From assembly GCA_017403825.1 (NCBI GenBank), contig JAFRDO010000065.1, positions 6,438-70,437 of the forward strand: DNA of 64,000 bases, written 5' to 3'. Source of the stretch: Kiritimatiellia bacterium. Lineage in GTDB: Bacteria > Verrucomicrobiota > Kiritimatiellia > RFP12 > UBA1067. The notes below the pieces were generated by a model. The model was not told the origin of the DNA. It made no database searches and was given only the letters and a program-made list of their open reading frames with translations. Positions 7,376 through 17,900 of the stretch are shown piece by piece; position 1 is the stretch's first letter; the number at the start of each line of letters is the position of its first letter. Position numbers and translations under genes: made by a program.

Positions 7376-10117
7376 TTATTCTTTGCAGATCTCAATCTTT
7401 ACTGGCCCAAGCAGCCCGGAATCCAGCAGCTTGTCGTGCTTCGACCAGTGCTTCCAGCTCGTCCACGTCGTCCGCTCGTCCTCCGGCAACATGTCCTCGC
7501 CGACGAGCCGATTCGGCCAACGGTTGGTGACGCGTACCTCTATGTCGAACACGACAGGCTTCTGCGCGCGTTTCGGGGCATCGGTGATGTCGATCCTGAA
7601 CGGTGGCTTCCAGAGCGTACGAAACTCCTTGCCATTGACGGTGACGGTGGCAAAGTCCCTCACGTCACCAAGGTCAAGTACGATACGGCTCTTCGGCTTA
7701 AGCGATGGCGACTTCTCCAGTTCCATCATGTCGGACACGTCGATTTTCCTGGAATAGTACGCCGATCCGGAGAAATACTTAAGGTCGCGGATTCCCGACT
7801 CGTTCCACTTCGCTCCCGGCGTCAGTTCCATGGGCAGAGGTTCACGCCCCGCAGGCGACTCGAAGCGTACCTTCCATGCACCTTCCACAGGAATCGTCCG
7901 TACAGTCTTAAATGCCTGTTGCAAAGGCAGGTCGCCGCCGCCGTTGCGCAGCACAACGAACGCCGACCCGGCGACAGGCAGATCGACCGACACCACAGTG
8001 CGGCCATTTTCATAGCGCCAGTTCGCGGCCGTGACCATCTCGCCGGATTCGGGGTACCATATCTCCGGCGTACGTCCAGTGACGGCGCAGGACTTCTCTA
8101 TCGTGACGGGATAGTGGTTCGTTGATGTCACGAAGTACCAGTCCGCCAGCGCGTTGCGCCTGTGGCAAACGTCGTCCTTGACCTTGGTCCCCTCCTGCAG
8201 CAAATATTGGCAACGCGTCTGGTAGCGCACGAATTCCGCGCCCTCGCGCCACCACGTCTGGGTCCTGTCGAAGTGCATGCCCCACGGCCCCATCGTCATG
8301 CCGGGATATTTCGGCTTTGCCCACGGCTGGTGCGTGAAGCGATGGAAGAAGATGCGGTTGACGCCGAGCTCGTATGCATGGTCGCACTGGCACTTGATAG
8401 AATACGGATACACCTGCCAGCGCCCGTCACTCGCGCTCGCAGTGAACGCCTCCGCCGCAACGATGCCGTGGCCCCATGCGTCGGCGGCCGCGACCACCCC
8501 TTCCACGTTGCCGAGGTGTGGACCTGTCGAAAGCCAGAAACGGTCCGTGTTCGGACGGCTCCAGAACTCGCACTGCGGCACATCGCAGAAACGCGCGTAG
8601 GTGAAATCGTCGGAAGGGCCGTTGCCATAAGGCTCCAGATAGAACAGCAGCCCGTATTCGTGCGACTTGCGCAGCATGGTGCCTGCGTAGTTCTCGGCGA
8701 ACATGTCGTTGATCACCTTGCGATAGTCGGCGAGGAATTTCTCGGATTTGTCGACGGAACCGACGATGCGCCCGGTGAACGTAGGCAGGTACGGGACAAT
8801 GGAATAGCCCATGCGGCTTTCGAACTCCTTCTCGAAACCCTGCGTCCAGTTCTGGCATTCCGCCTCGAAGCTGTCGTTGAGCACCATCTTCACGGACGCG
8901 CCGTCAGGGCCGAGCAGACGCATCAGCCTACCTACATACGCCTCGAAGTGGCGTTCCACGGCAGGCGTGGAAAGCTTGTCTACCTCAAGTCCCCGGCCTG
9001 CGGCCGTACCAGACGAGCTTACGAGCTTGCCGTTCGCGTGGTAGCCGACGCGGATGATGGTCCATTCGCCATCCGGCACGTCCCAGACGAGCCGCCCCGA
9101 TGCGTCCATTCTGTCGGTCAGGACGACCGTCTCTGCCGGATCGACCACGCCCCGCCTCGCCGTCGTGGCAAGCGACTTCGCGCAAGGCATCTTGAAGCGA
9201 AGTTTCTTTCCGTCGATGTCCTCCAAACGCGGTTCCGACTCGAGATGGAATTCTTCCATCTTTATCTTCCAGTCGCAGCACGTCGTGAAGCGCAACGCCT
9301 TGAACGTCACCGGCTTCTCGAACGTATGTCGCCGCAGGTCACGGAACTGCGCATTGAAGTACGACACGTGGAACGACATTGTCTCAAGGTGGCGGAATTC
9401 CTTGCCGTCGTCTGACACCTCTATCTCCGCGATGCCCGGCAGGTTCCAGTGCCACGGGAACGAGATGCGCCACGAGAAACCCGCCGCAGTCACCTTCTCC
9501 GGCGCAGTCACGGTGGTGACGTTTCCCTTTGTCGCCCTCACCGTGAATTCCGCTTCGTCGTGCCTGGACATCGCATCCGGCACGTTCTCGACCGTCGTCA
9601 CATCCGCTTGTATGCGACGGTCGATCCCCTTCACCGCCAATACCGCTATGTCGGCGTAGAAGCCGTTGTCGTCCATACGCCGGGGCAGAACAGCATCGAA
9701 ACGCGACGGTCCCTTCACGGGCGTCTCGGTGCAGGTCGTATACTTCATCGATTCGGCAGGCTTGACCCACGGCCCGCCCGAATTGGCCCAGCCGGTACCG
9801 TTCGCGACGCCCAGCACAAGCCCGAGCCGCGTCGCCTCCTTCGCCGCATGTCGTATGCAGTCAAAATACTCGCGATTCCCGAAAGTGACCGGCCCCTTGG
9901 GGATGTGGCAGCTTGCGTCAAACATCATGGCGCCCGCGAGTCCGTTCCCGGCAAGCGCTTCGAGGTCTGCGGTAATGCCTTCCTTCGTCACGTTGCCGTT
10001 CATCCAGTGCCACCACACGTATGGAGCATACCGACGTGGCGGATTAGCGAAGTCGTCCGGCGAAATGTCGGCTGAGGACATCGTGGAAAGCGCAACCAGC
10101 GCAATGACCACAGACAT
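7376..10117 (-). CDS. Secreted glycoside hydrolase, GH106-like (alpha-L-rhamnosidase family candidate), with a C-terminal GH2-type sugar-binding jelly-roll domain
   Basis: ATG at 10117 gives MSVVIALVALSTMSSA, a signal peptide. The N-terminal 'PPRRYAPYVWWHWMNGNVTKEGITADLEALAGNGLAG' is the P..RP...WW.W..G signature I associate with GH106/GHL families. The C-terminal 'YFSGSAYYSRKIDV...TVNGKEFRTLWKPPFRIDIT' resembles the GH2 sugar-binding domain. The exact family is uncertain. Confidence 0.6.
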   Translation of the reverse strand: MSVVIALVALSTMSSADISPDDFANPPRRYAPYVWWHWMNGNVTKEGITADLEALAGNGLAGAMMFDASCHIPKGPVTFGNREYFDCIRHAAKEATRLGLVLGVANGTGWANSGGPWVKPAESMKYTTCTETPVKGPSRFDAVLPRRMDDNGFYADIAVLAVKGIDRRIQADVTTVENVPDAMSRHDEAEFTVRATKGNVTTVTAPEKVTAAGFSWRISFPWHWNLPGIAEIEVSDDGKEFRHLETMSFHVSYFNAQFRDLRRHTFEKPVTFKALRFTTCCDWKIKMEEFHLESEPRLEDIDGKKLRFKMPCAKSLATTARRGVVDPAETVVLTDRMDASGRLVWDVPDGEWTIIRVGYHANGKLVSSSGTAAGRGLEVDKLSTPAVERHFEAYVGRLMRLLGPDGASVKMVLNDSFEAECQNWTQGFEKEFESRMGYSIVPYLPTFTGRIVGSVDKSEKFLADYRKVINDMFAENYAGTMLRKSHEYGLLFYLEPYGNGPSDDFTYARFCDVPQCEFWSRPNTDRFWLSTGPHLGNVEGVVAAADAWGHGIVAAEAFTASASDGRWQVYPYSIKCQCDHAYELGVNRIFFHRFTHQPWAKPKYPGMTMGPWGMHFDRTQTWWREGAEFVRYQTRCQYLLQEGTKVKDDVCHRRNALADWYFVTSTNHYPVTIEKSCAVTGRTPEIWYPESGEMVTAANWRYENGRTVVSVDLPVAGSAFVVLRNGGGDLPLQQAFKTVRTIPVEGAWKVRFESPAGREPLPMELTPGAKWNESGIRDLKYFSGSAYYSRKIDVSDMMELEKSPSLKPKSRIVLDLGDVRDFATVTVNGKEFRTLWKPPFRIDITDAPKRAQKPVVFDIEVRVTNRWPNRLVGEDMLPEDERTTWTSWKHWSKHDKLLDSGLLGPVKIEICKE

Positions 10118-10175
10118 CCTCTTGTAGAGTAGAGACCCACGCCTCGGCGTTGCCGCCGGTGCGACTTCCCCCTCA

Positions 10176-10213
<38 letters not shown>

Positions 10214-10379
10214 CCGTAGAGCTGCGTTCGTCATAGCTTGGCTTTTCCTTGATTGGCACTATGGCATATAAGGTTGCAGGCATTATACATCATTCCCGCC
10301 CCTCGCCACAATTATACCAAAGTATAATCGGCAGGCGTTGACACCGCTTTGCACATTTAATATCATATTGAAAACAATC

Positions 10380-12416
10380 ATGTTGAAAATGACGTTACGC
10401 GAAAAGACAAAGCGGATTCTGCTTGCCACGATTTTGGCGGCGGCGACCCCAGCTTTTGCCGTGGGCGCGGACGCAATGGCGTCTTTAAGGCCTAAGGCCG
10501 TGGAACATGTCGGCGACTTCTGCCACACGGGCACCGTCACCATGGTATGCCAGAACCTGGACTTCTCTCTCGCGGAGCGGAATGGGCGTCACCATTTTCT
10601 TGTCGTGCGGAAGCAATTTGGAATTCGCGTCGGCGAAATCATCGTCGCAGCCGGCGAATGCGTCCGCTGCGACAACGGCTCCGTGCTTAAAATAGCACGC
10701 CGCGTTCTTCATCTGGGGCAGGAGTTGCTGCCGTCACCGGAGAAAGTGTCGATCGCCGAACTAACCAAAAAGGATTTCCTATACAAAATGGTGACGACGG
10801 AAGGCACGCTCGTCCTCGCACGACGCGACGAAATAGACACCGCCTACATCCAGATGCTTGTCAAGGACGGCGCGTCCATCGTTAATGCGGCTTTTATGGC
10901 AAGCACCAACCGGACGATTGACGCAATTTCGCTTCTGGGGGCGCGCGTTCGGCTTACCGGGGTCCTGATGCAAGGCTACGGTGCCCGCAGGAACATATCC
11001 AACTATCTCTCTCTCGACCCTCCCGGAGGCTTTGAGGTGGTGACGCCCCCGCCTGCCGACACTTTTAAGGTACCGGAGCTCAACTTAGATTCCCAATATA
11101 CGCCAGAGGAAATCGTGCAAATGGATCCCCGACGCTTCAACGGCGTGGTAATGGCGACCTGGGGCGGCAACCAGCTGATGCTGGCAGGAAAAGGCAGCCG
11201 ATGCGTAAGAGCAACGCTTGCCCGCGACGGCGAACTCCCTGTCGCTGGCGACTATGTGGCCGTCGTCGGCTTCCCGGATACGGATCTCTATGGCATCAAC
11301 CTTGTCTACGCGCAATGCAGGCCTTTGGCGGACGGAAAGGATTTCGGATTCGATCCGAAGCCGGTAGAAGTCACGCTACGGCAACTTCTGACTGACGGAC
11401 ACGGCAGGCCTAGAATCAACGGCTACAGCCACGGACGCCTGCTGCGGCTCAGGGGAACGGTCCTTGACGTGCAGCCGTCGCTTGCCCTATTCTCGATAAA
11501 CGATGACGGGCTGACCTTGCCGGTAGATTGCTCGTCCTCGCCAAACGTCATTCCGCGCCTGGAAGCCAACTCCAGGATAGAGGTCGTCGCTCTCGCCATC
11601 ACGGAAACGGACAGCTGGCGCGAATGCATCGCCTTGCCGCAGACGCGCGGCCTCAGGCTTGTGCTGCGCTCCGCCTCAGACCTCGAGGTATTGGCGTTCC
11701 CGCCATGGTGGACTCCCGCCAGGTTGACGGCGACCGTCATATCCCTTCTCGTGATCATCGTGCTGATCATCGCAGCCAACCGCATCATCAACAGGATAAT
11801 GATGCGCCGCAAGGTGTCCGAGCGTACGCGCCTTGCAGTGGAGCTTCACGACTCGCTGTCCCAGACCCTCGCCGGCGTCGCCTGCCAGATTTCCGCAGGA
11901 CACGATGCCATAGACGATGACCCGAAGTCTGCCAAGGAACTTCTGGGCACGGCCGAACGGATGCTGGAGTCCAGCAGGACCGAGCTCAAGAACTGCCTGT
12001 TCGACCTCAGGAACGACACGGTGGACGACCCGGACTTCACACGGGCCATCTCAAAGACGCTCACCGGGTTCAGGACCGAGGCGAACATCTCGATTCGGTT
12101 CAACGTCGCGCGGTCTCTGCTGACCGACTCGACGGCGCACGCGATTCTCTGCATAGTCAGGGAACTCGTCGCTAACGCCGTCAGGCACGGCGCAGCGACA
12201 CGCATCAGGATCGCAGGCGTCGCCGCCGACAAGCGGCTCCGGTTTTCCGTACACGACAACGGCCGCGGATTCGATACCGAGCGCCGCCCCGGGCCACGCG
12301 AAGGACACTTCGGGTTGGCAAGCATCCGCGAGCGGCTAGCCGACATCAAAGGCTCCTTCAAGATAACATCAAGGGCAGGGGATACCCGCGCCACCGTGAA
12401 CATGACATTGCCATGA
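10380..12416 (+). CDS. Sensor histidine kinase (HisKA_3 + HATPase_c) with a large periplasmic sensor domain
   Basis: ATG at 10380 gives MLKMTLREKTKRILLATILAAATPAFA, a signal peptide. A ~430 aa periplasmic region is followed by a TM segment (ATVISLLVIIVLIIAANRII), the H-box 'RTRLAVELHDSLSQTLAGV' and the ATPase motif 'ELVANAVRHGAA...FSVHDNGRGFD'. Confidence 0.85.
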   Translation: MLKMTLREKTKRILLATILAAATPAFAVGADAMASLRPKAVEHVGDFCHTGTVTMVCQNLDFSLAERNGRHHFLVVRKQFGIRVGEIIVAAGECVRCDNGSVLKIARRVLHLGQELLPSPEKVSIAELTKKDFLYKMVTTEGTLVLARRDEIDTAYIQMLVKDGASIVNAAFMASTNRTIDAISLLGARVRLTGVLMQGYGARRNISNYLSLDPPGGFEVVTPPPADTFKVPELNLDSQYTPEEIVQMDPRRFNGVVMATWGGNQLMLAGKGSRCVRATLARDGELPVAGDYVAVVGFPDTDLYGINLVYAQCRPLADGKDFGFDPKPVEVTLRQLLTDGHGRPRINGYSHGRLLRLRGTVLDVQPSLALFSINDDGLTLPVDCSSSPNVIPRLEANSRIEVVALAITETDSWRECIALPQTRGLRLVLRSASDLEVLAFPPWWTPARLTATVISLLVIIVLIIAANRIINRIMMRRKVSERTRLAVELHDSLSQTLAGVACQISAGHDAIDDDPKSAKELLGTAERMLESSRTELKNCLFDLRNDTVDDPDFTRAISKTLTGFRTEANISIRFNVARSLLTDSTAHAILCIVRELVANAVRHGAATRIRIAGVAADKRLRFSVHDNGRGFDTERRPGPREGHFGLASIRERLADIKGSFKITSRAGDTRATVNMTLP

Positions 12417-13060
12417 ACAAAATCCGCATACTCCTTGCCGACGACCATTCCATAATGCGCGTCGGGCTTGCATCGCTCCTTTCGCGTGAAAAGGACATGA
12501 CCGTCGTGGGAGAGGCCGAAACGGGCGAAGAGGCCGTCGCAAAGGCGCGCGAACTCAAGCCTGACATCGTCGTGATGGACCTCATGATGCCGACACTTTC
12601 AGGTGCCGAAGCCACGCGGCAGATCACATCCAACGCATCGGCGGGAGATTCGGCAGAGGGAGAGACTCTGCCGCGCGTACTCGTATTCACGTCATACGGA
12701 ACGTCCGCTGACCTGGCGGACGCCGTCAAGAACGGCGCTTCGGGGGTCCTGCTAAAGAACGCCCCGACGCGCGACCTTCCGCAAGCGATCCGGAGCGTCT
12801 TTGCGGGCGAGAAGGTGCTTTCAAAGGAGATTACGGCGCTTGTGAACGAAGAATCGTCTACGCCCCATCTCACAGACCGCCAGCTGCTGCAGCTTGAACT
12901 TGCCGCCCGCGGGTTCACCAACCAGGAAATCGCCAACAGGCTGAACGTCTCGCTGATCACGGTCAAGAAACAGTTCTCCGACATCTTCGCACGGCTCAAC
13001 GTCTCAAACAGGTCGGAGGCCATCGGTCTCGCACTGCAACGCCACATCATCAAGATGTAA
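12413..13060 (+). CDS. Response regulator, NarL/FixJ family (REC + LuxR HTH)
   Basis: The start overlaps the kinase stop by 4 nt (ATGA). The REC domain shows 'ILLADDHSIMRVGLASLL ... IVVMDLMMP'. The LuxR HTH shows 'LTDRQLLQLELAARGFTNQEIANRLNVSLITVKKQ'. Confidence 0.9.
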   Translation: MNKIRILLADDHSIMRVGLASLLSREKDMTVVGEAETGEEAVAKARELKPDIVVMDLMMPTLSGAEATRQITSNASAGDSAEGETLPRVLVFTSYGTSADLADAVKNGASGVLLKNAPTRDLPQAIRSVFAGEKVLSKEITALVNEESSTPHLTDRQLLQLELAARGFTNQEIANRLNVSLITVKKQFSDIFARLNVSNRSEAIGLALQRHIIKM

Positions 13061-13399
13061 GAGGCATCCGGGGTCAGTCCCTGAAAATCTCCTCATGCAG
13101 CTTGACAGGAGTCCCCCACGAATCTACTGCCGGTTGAATTACGCGAAGCATGAACCGAAGCGGAAATGCACCGAAGAACGCGAAGCGTTCGAAGGGGAGA
13201 TTCGGCAAAGCCGAACCCGAATGGCGCGCAAGCGTCTGCGCGGAGGTCTTTTGCCATCCTCGGAGTTCCTTCAAAAACGCGATAACCGCTCAAAACAGCG
13301 CATTTCTCAGCCAAAAACCACAACGCCATTGGGGTGGCTCCCCAATTTTCCCAATTTTCTCGTGGGAGGTTAAGTCGTCGCCGGAGTCGGATTTAGCAG

Positions 13400-13840
13400 T
13401 TAAGTTTCGCCGCTGCCATCGTCATCTTCGTAGATAAAGCAACTCTTGAGAAGGAACTGTGCCTCTGGATCGTCGTCGGAAAACAACTTCACAATCGGAT
13501 TGTTGAAAAACACGAAATAAAAATCGTCGTTGCCCCAGTCTTCTTTGTCGCCGAGTTCGTCGACGTCGCCGGATTCTGCCCGCGAAATCATGCAGTAGTC
13601 GCAGGCGTCACCCAAAGAGAGGTTCCTGTATCTAGGCAAAAGCCCAAGGTTGTGGAAGAGCTTGTTGCAGGTACGCTCAACAAGCCCCCTGTCGTTAGAA
13701 CCTTTTATCAGGAAGTGGAACCCAAAAGGATTCTGGGCGGACTTTTTGCAGCCACCGAAATCTGCAATGCCGTTGCTTTTGAACAGATAGTCAACATAGT
13801 CAATCAGGGACTTGTCTGCCGCACGTGTCGGTTTTCTCAT
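13400..13840 (-). CDS. Hypothetical protein (146 aa, acidic C-terminus); low-GC foreign operon
   Basis: ATG at 13840 overlaps the upstream stop (ATGA coupling). MRKPTRAADKSLIDYVDYLFKSNG...FYFVFFNNPIVKLF...EDDDGSGET. I recognise no domain. Local GC is well below the window mean. Confidence 0.45.
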   Translation of the reverse strand: MRKPTRAADKSLIDYVDYLFKSNGIADFGGCKKSAQNPFGFHFLIKGSNDRGLVERTCNKLFHNLGLLPRYRNLSLGDACDYCMISRAESGDVDELGDKEDWGNDDFYFVFFNNPIVKLFSDDDPEAQFLLKSCFIYEDDDGSGET

Positions 13841-14061
13841 GTTCGCTGTCTCCTTTTCTCCGCCTCTCTCGCAAGACGCATCTCGTGCAGCCTCATGCTT
13901 GCCGCACGCTTCTCTTCCCATGTCATCGGATATTTCTCTATCGTCTCTATCAGAGCCTCCTCCAATCCAGGCGTCCTGTAAGGACTGGGAGCCCCGCCTT
14001 CTGCGGAGGGCCCCCTCAGTCTCTCAATCATCTCCTTGCTTAACTTGCTTGCCATCTTCAA
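13837..14061 (-). CDS. Hypothetical small helical, charged protein (74 aa)
   Basis: MKMASKLSKEMIERLRGPSAEGG...MTWEEKRAASMRLHEMRLAREAEKRRQRT. Its stop overlaps the start of the downstream gene. It shares the low-GC operon. Confidence 0.4.
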   Translation of the reverse strand: MKMASKLSKEMIERLRGPSAEGGAPSPYRTPGLEEALIETIEKYPMTWEEKRAASMRLHEMRLAREAEKRRQRT

Positions 14062-14091
14062 ACCTCCAGACTTAACCCTCTATTCTTTCTG

Positions 14092-14826
14092 TCACCTAAT
14101 TCTCCGCCCTAATACAATTGCATACAAATCTGGATTGAAGTCATCTGGCAGTTCTTCTATTGTTACGAACCGTCCGTCCTTCATGGCGGGGAAGGTTCTG
14201 TCCTCGTCATCACGAGCAAGCAGAATGTCTTTAACTTCCCAGGTCATCTGCTCGGGGCGTCCGCCAAGGGGATTAGAATAGCCCAACTGAAGACAGACGG
14301 TTGAAACAGGCTTGCCAGTGCCAAACAACTTATCGCAGTAATACTGGTTCAACGTCCTATATTCTCTTGTCTTCTCCCCTGACTCAATCATGCGGTAGTA
14401 GACTTTCTTCATAACCATAAATGCGCGGGTTGAAGCAGGTACTGTATTCAGTGGCGTCGGGAGTTCTGGTCTGCCGCCATATCTCAATGCCATCGCACGA
14501 TTCTTATCTCTACGATATCCCAAATTGGCGGCAGGTATATCTGGGTGTATGAAAGACCATTCATACATATTATCTAAATTCCTGCCAAAGAAACAGAGGT
14601 CTGCCTCCTTGACATTGAAGTCTCTGACAAGCATCTTAGTGACCTTAGGGTCTACCTGCTTTATCCTCATTCCTTTTGCTTCAATAAGAAGTGCTATGTC
14701 CCAAGTGTCTTCATCATCTATACGAATAGACGCTCGGTTTGGGTCTATGCCAAATGCTGACATTTTAGACTTTATCCGCTCCAAGAGCACCTGACAGGTG
14801 GCTTCTGTAAGTTTCTGCAGTTTCAT
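14092..14826 (-). CDS. ASCH (PUA-like) domain protein with an uncharacterised N-terminal half
   Basis: ATG at 14826 is preceded by AAGGAAGGAGC. The C-terminal 'RAFMVMKKVYYRMIESGEKTREYRTLNQYY...VCLQLGY...MTWEVKDILL' fits the ASCH consensus (K..yf..I.sGkKT.E.R). The N-terminal 120 aa are not recognised. The gene is low-GC. Confidence 0.5.
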   Translation of the reverse strand: MKLQKLTEATCQVLLERIKSKMSAFGIDPNRASIRIDDEDTWDIALLIEAKGMRIKQVDPKVTKMLVRDFNVKEADLCFFGRNLDNMYEWSFIHPDIPAANLGYRRDKNRAMALRYGGRPELPTPLNTVPASTRAFMVMKKVYYRMIESGEKTREYRTLNQYYCDKLFGTGKPVSTVCLQLGYSNPLGGRPEQMTWEVKDILLARDDEDRTFPAMKDGRFVTIEELPDDFNPDLYAIVLGRRIR

Positions 14827-14840
14827 ATGGACATTGCTCC

Positions 14841-14896
14841 TTCCTTGGTTTTCACTATATATTACCATGTACCGCCGATTTCTGACAGGCAAAAAC
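14841..14896. repeat. Left copy of an imperfect ~56 bp direct repeat (42/56 identical to 23212..23267)
   Basis: tccttggttttCACTATATaTTACCAtgtaccgccgatTTCTGACAggcaaaaacg versus tccttgtcttcCACTATATgTTACCAcacccaaccgttTTCTGACAagcaactacg. Both copies are in the same orientation and they bracket an ~8.4 kb module. Confidence 0.7.
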
Positions 14897-14955
14897 GATT
14901 TTTAAGCTCGCACTGCCGCATTACGGTCCGAAGCGTTCCTTGGCAAAGGGGCTGT

Positions 14956-17900
14956 CTATCCGGCGCTACAGACATGATCGATCGAGACAATCACGCCGTC
15001 ATTGTCACAATCAGGCGCGGCAACGGCGATCTTTTCGCCAAGGCTCTGCTCAAGGGACGTCAAATAGCCACCCAGCGCCGGAAGCCCCCGCCGCCCCTGC
15101 TTGATTATTTCCCGCAAGACATGGTCTGGCAGCGTGCCGCGATTCTGAAGGTCGCTCAGGAGTTTCTGGGCGAACTCGCGCTTTACTCCGTTCGCCGCAG
15201 CCTCCATCAGGATCGGGCGCGCCTTGTTCGCCAACGACTGCGCCCCCTCCGTGCGCTTCACTTCATGGACCGGGACTTCGCTCGCCAGTTTCTCGTACCT
15301 GTCCCAGAACCCTTCCGAAAAGCTTTCCAGGCGCGGCTGGTCAAACGGGCATGTCACCTCAGGCAACGCATCCTTCATCAGACGATAGACCGGCGCCTTG
15401 TCTTCTGCGCCCATGAACGCCGCGAACAACGTCAGCCCCTTGCGCGTGAACAGGTGCGTGCCGGCTCTCGGCCCCGTCGTTGCCGTCTTCACCCGGTTCG
15501 GCAGCCGCTCGATCCGCTTCACCACCTCAGGGTGCTTCTGCTCGATCTCCGCCCACTTTACCTTGCATTCCGTCAGGAACGTCGCCCTCTCGGAATCCTC
15601 GGGATTCGTCCCCAGCCGCTCGAACAGCCCCGCCGCCTCCAGCGATTCGTCCGCATCGAATATCCGCGCGTCCTCTCCGACCGTCTTGTGGATCATCAGT
15701 ACCTTGTTCTTTGCGATCGTCCTGATGTTGTAGTGCTGCGCTCCCTGGTCCGTCGGGAAGTAGTTGTACAGATATAGGTCGTTGAACACCTTCACGCCGA
15801 TGCGGTTGATGCGTCCCAGGCGCTGGATCACGCGCGTGGGGTTCCACGGTATGTCGTAGTTGATGACCAGGCCCGCCCGGTTCAGGTTGTATCCCTCGCT
15901 CATCTTGTCCGTGGCGATCATCACGTCGTAATCGTCTCGCTTCGCCGCCTTTTCAACAGTCCCGTCGAAGTTGCGCCGAATCAGGCGGCTCGCGTCCTTC
16001 GACAGCGACCGCACCGTGCAGACGCGCCCCGGGAAAGCCTGCTCCAGGTATGCCGTCACATGTTCCACCGTGTCGGCGAACTCGCTGAATATCAGCACCT
16101 TCCGTTTCGGCTCGCCCCTCCTCGTCGCCAGGTTCGCCTTGCCTTTCAGGACCTTCCGGACGATGGTCACAAGCTGCCTTGCCTTGGGGTCGTTCGCAAT
16201 AAGGTCCAGCTTCTCCACCTCGCGCCGCACGCGCCTGAAGAGCGCAATGTCGCTTTTCACGTCCTTGATGAACGCATCGTACCCTTCTTTCGAGAAATCC
16301 TCCTCCACACGGTATATCTGCTTGTTCACGGCCTCCACGGAGACGGCAGCCTCATAATCCGAAAGCATCGTCTCGAAGATCTCGTCCCCGAGCGTGGCGT
16401 CGCAGAACTTCTCCATCATCACGCGGTCGAGTATGATGATGCCGCGGTGCCCGTCGCCAGGGTTTCCCGTCGGCTTGATGGCGAGCTTCAGCACCATCTC
16501 GTGGATTTCGATCAGGTTGCCGATAGTCTTCGCGAACGCGCCGAAGGAACTCTCGAACCGATGGACGAGCAGCCGCCTGATGAACTTGTACATGTTCTCC
16601 TGCTGCGTCTTCAGCGTTTCGCGATCTTCATCGTCATCATTCGCGATGCTTGCGTAAAGCCCCGGACGGTAGATTGCGCCCTTGAAGTTTCCGCGCGGTC
16701 CGAAGTATTTGTCGATCACCCGGTCGTAAAACTCGCTCTGCTCGCGGTCGAGTTTGTAGAACTGCTCGATCGGCGGGTGGACGGTCGGCAGGTTCTTGCC
16801 GATTTCCGCACGGTACTGGGGGTCAAGCCGCAGGTCGATCCGGTTGCGCCGTATCATGACCGGCTCGATGATGGCACGGATGCTTGAGGCTGTCTGCTCC
16901 AGAATGGCGTGCGCAAACTTCTTTGCGGCGGCAACGTCAAGCGGTTCGTCGTCCGCCCCCGCGAATCCGAGCTTACGCAGCCGGTTGCGGACATAGCGCT
17001 CCAGGTTTCCGCTGTCGTCCGGACTGGCCAAGCCGACGTTCTTCAGCACGTAGTCGCAGTCGTCATAGGCACTCTGGAACTCCGCGAACCGCGCATACAG
17101 GTCGCCGTCAGGCGCGAGTTTGCTCTTCTTCGGCACCGTGAACAGCTTCAGCAGCGAGTATATGTCGCTCGGCCTGTTCCCGAACGGCGTGGCCGTCATC
17201 AGCACCACCTTCTTGCCCCGGCAGATGCGCCAGAGGTAGTCGTAGTCTATCGACCCCTCGTTGCGGAAGTAGTGCGCCTCGTCGACCAGCACCACGTCGA
17301 TGTCGGGGTGCGTCTGCACATACCGCTCCACCTCGTCCATCTTCCCCCGGCTCATCGCCCGCCAGCCGTACATGTTGAAGTCATCCAAATAGCCGCACCA
17401 GCCCGTCTTCTCGGTTTCGCTGCCGACAAGCCCCGGCGGAGCCACCACGATTCCCCGCCGCACGTCCATCACGCACCCGAGAACGCTCCCGATCACCGAC
17501 TTCCCCAAGCCCACGACGTCCGCGATGATGATGCCATTGTATTCGTTGAGAATGGACAGCGCCTGGTTGACGGCGTCCTTCTGGAACATGAGCGGACGGT
17601 ATTTCGGTTCGCCGGTGAAAGGGTCGCGCGGAATCGCAAAGGCCCGGTCGATCTTCGGCGTCTCGTCGACGAGCGCACGGTGTTCGAGATAGTTCTTCAG
17701 GACGATCGCATAGGCCTCGTAGGGCGTAACCTCCGCATGGACGCCCTCGTCCTTGACCGTCCTGCGGATCTTCTCGGCCATTCCCGCAAAGTCCGTGATC
17801 TCCTCGGCTTCCGCCCACTGCGCCTCAAAGTATTCCTTCGCATCGCGCCCGCCGAAGTTCGACAGCTCCACGTTGAACTCGTTCTGGCTGTTCAGTCCGG

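Noticed and set aside
13095-13373. A 92-aa plus-strand ORF and an overlapping minus-strand ORF in the regulator/foreign-operon junction.
   Set aside because: It is lysine/arginine-rich and low-complexity with no RBS. The region looks like an intergenic spacer with repeats.
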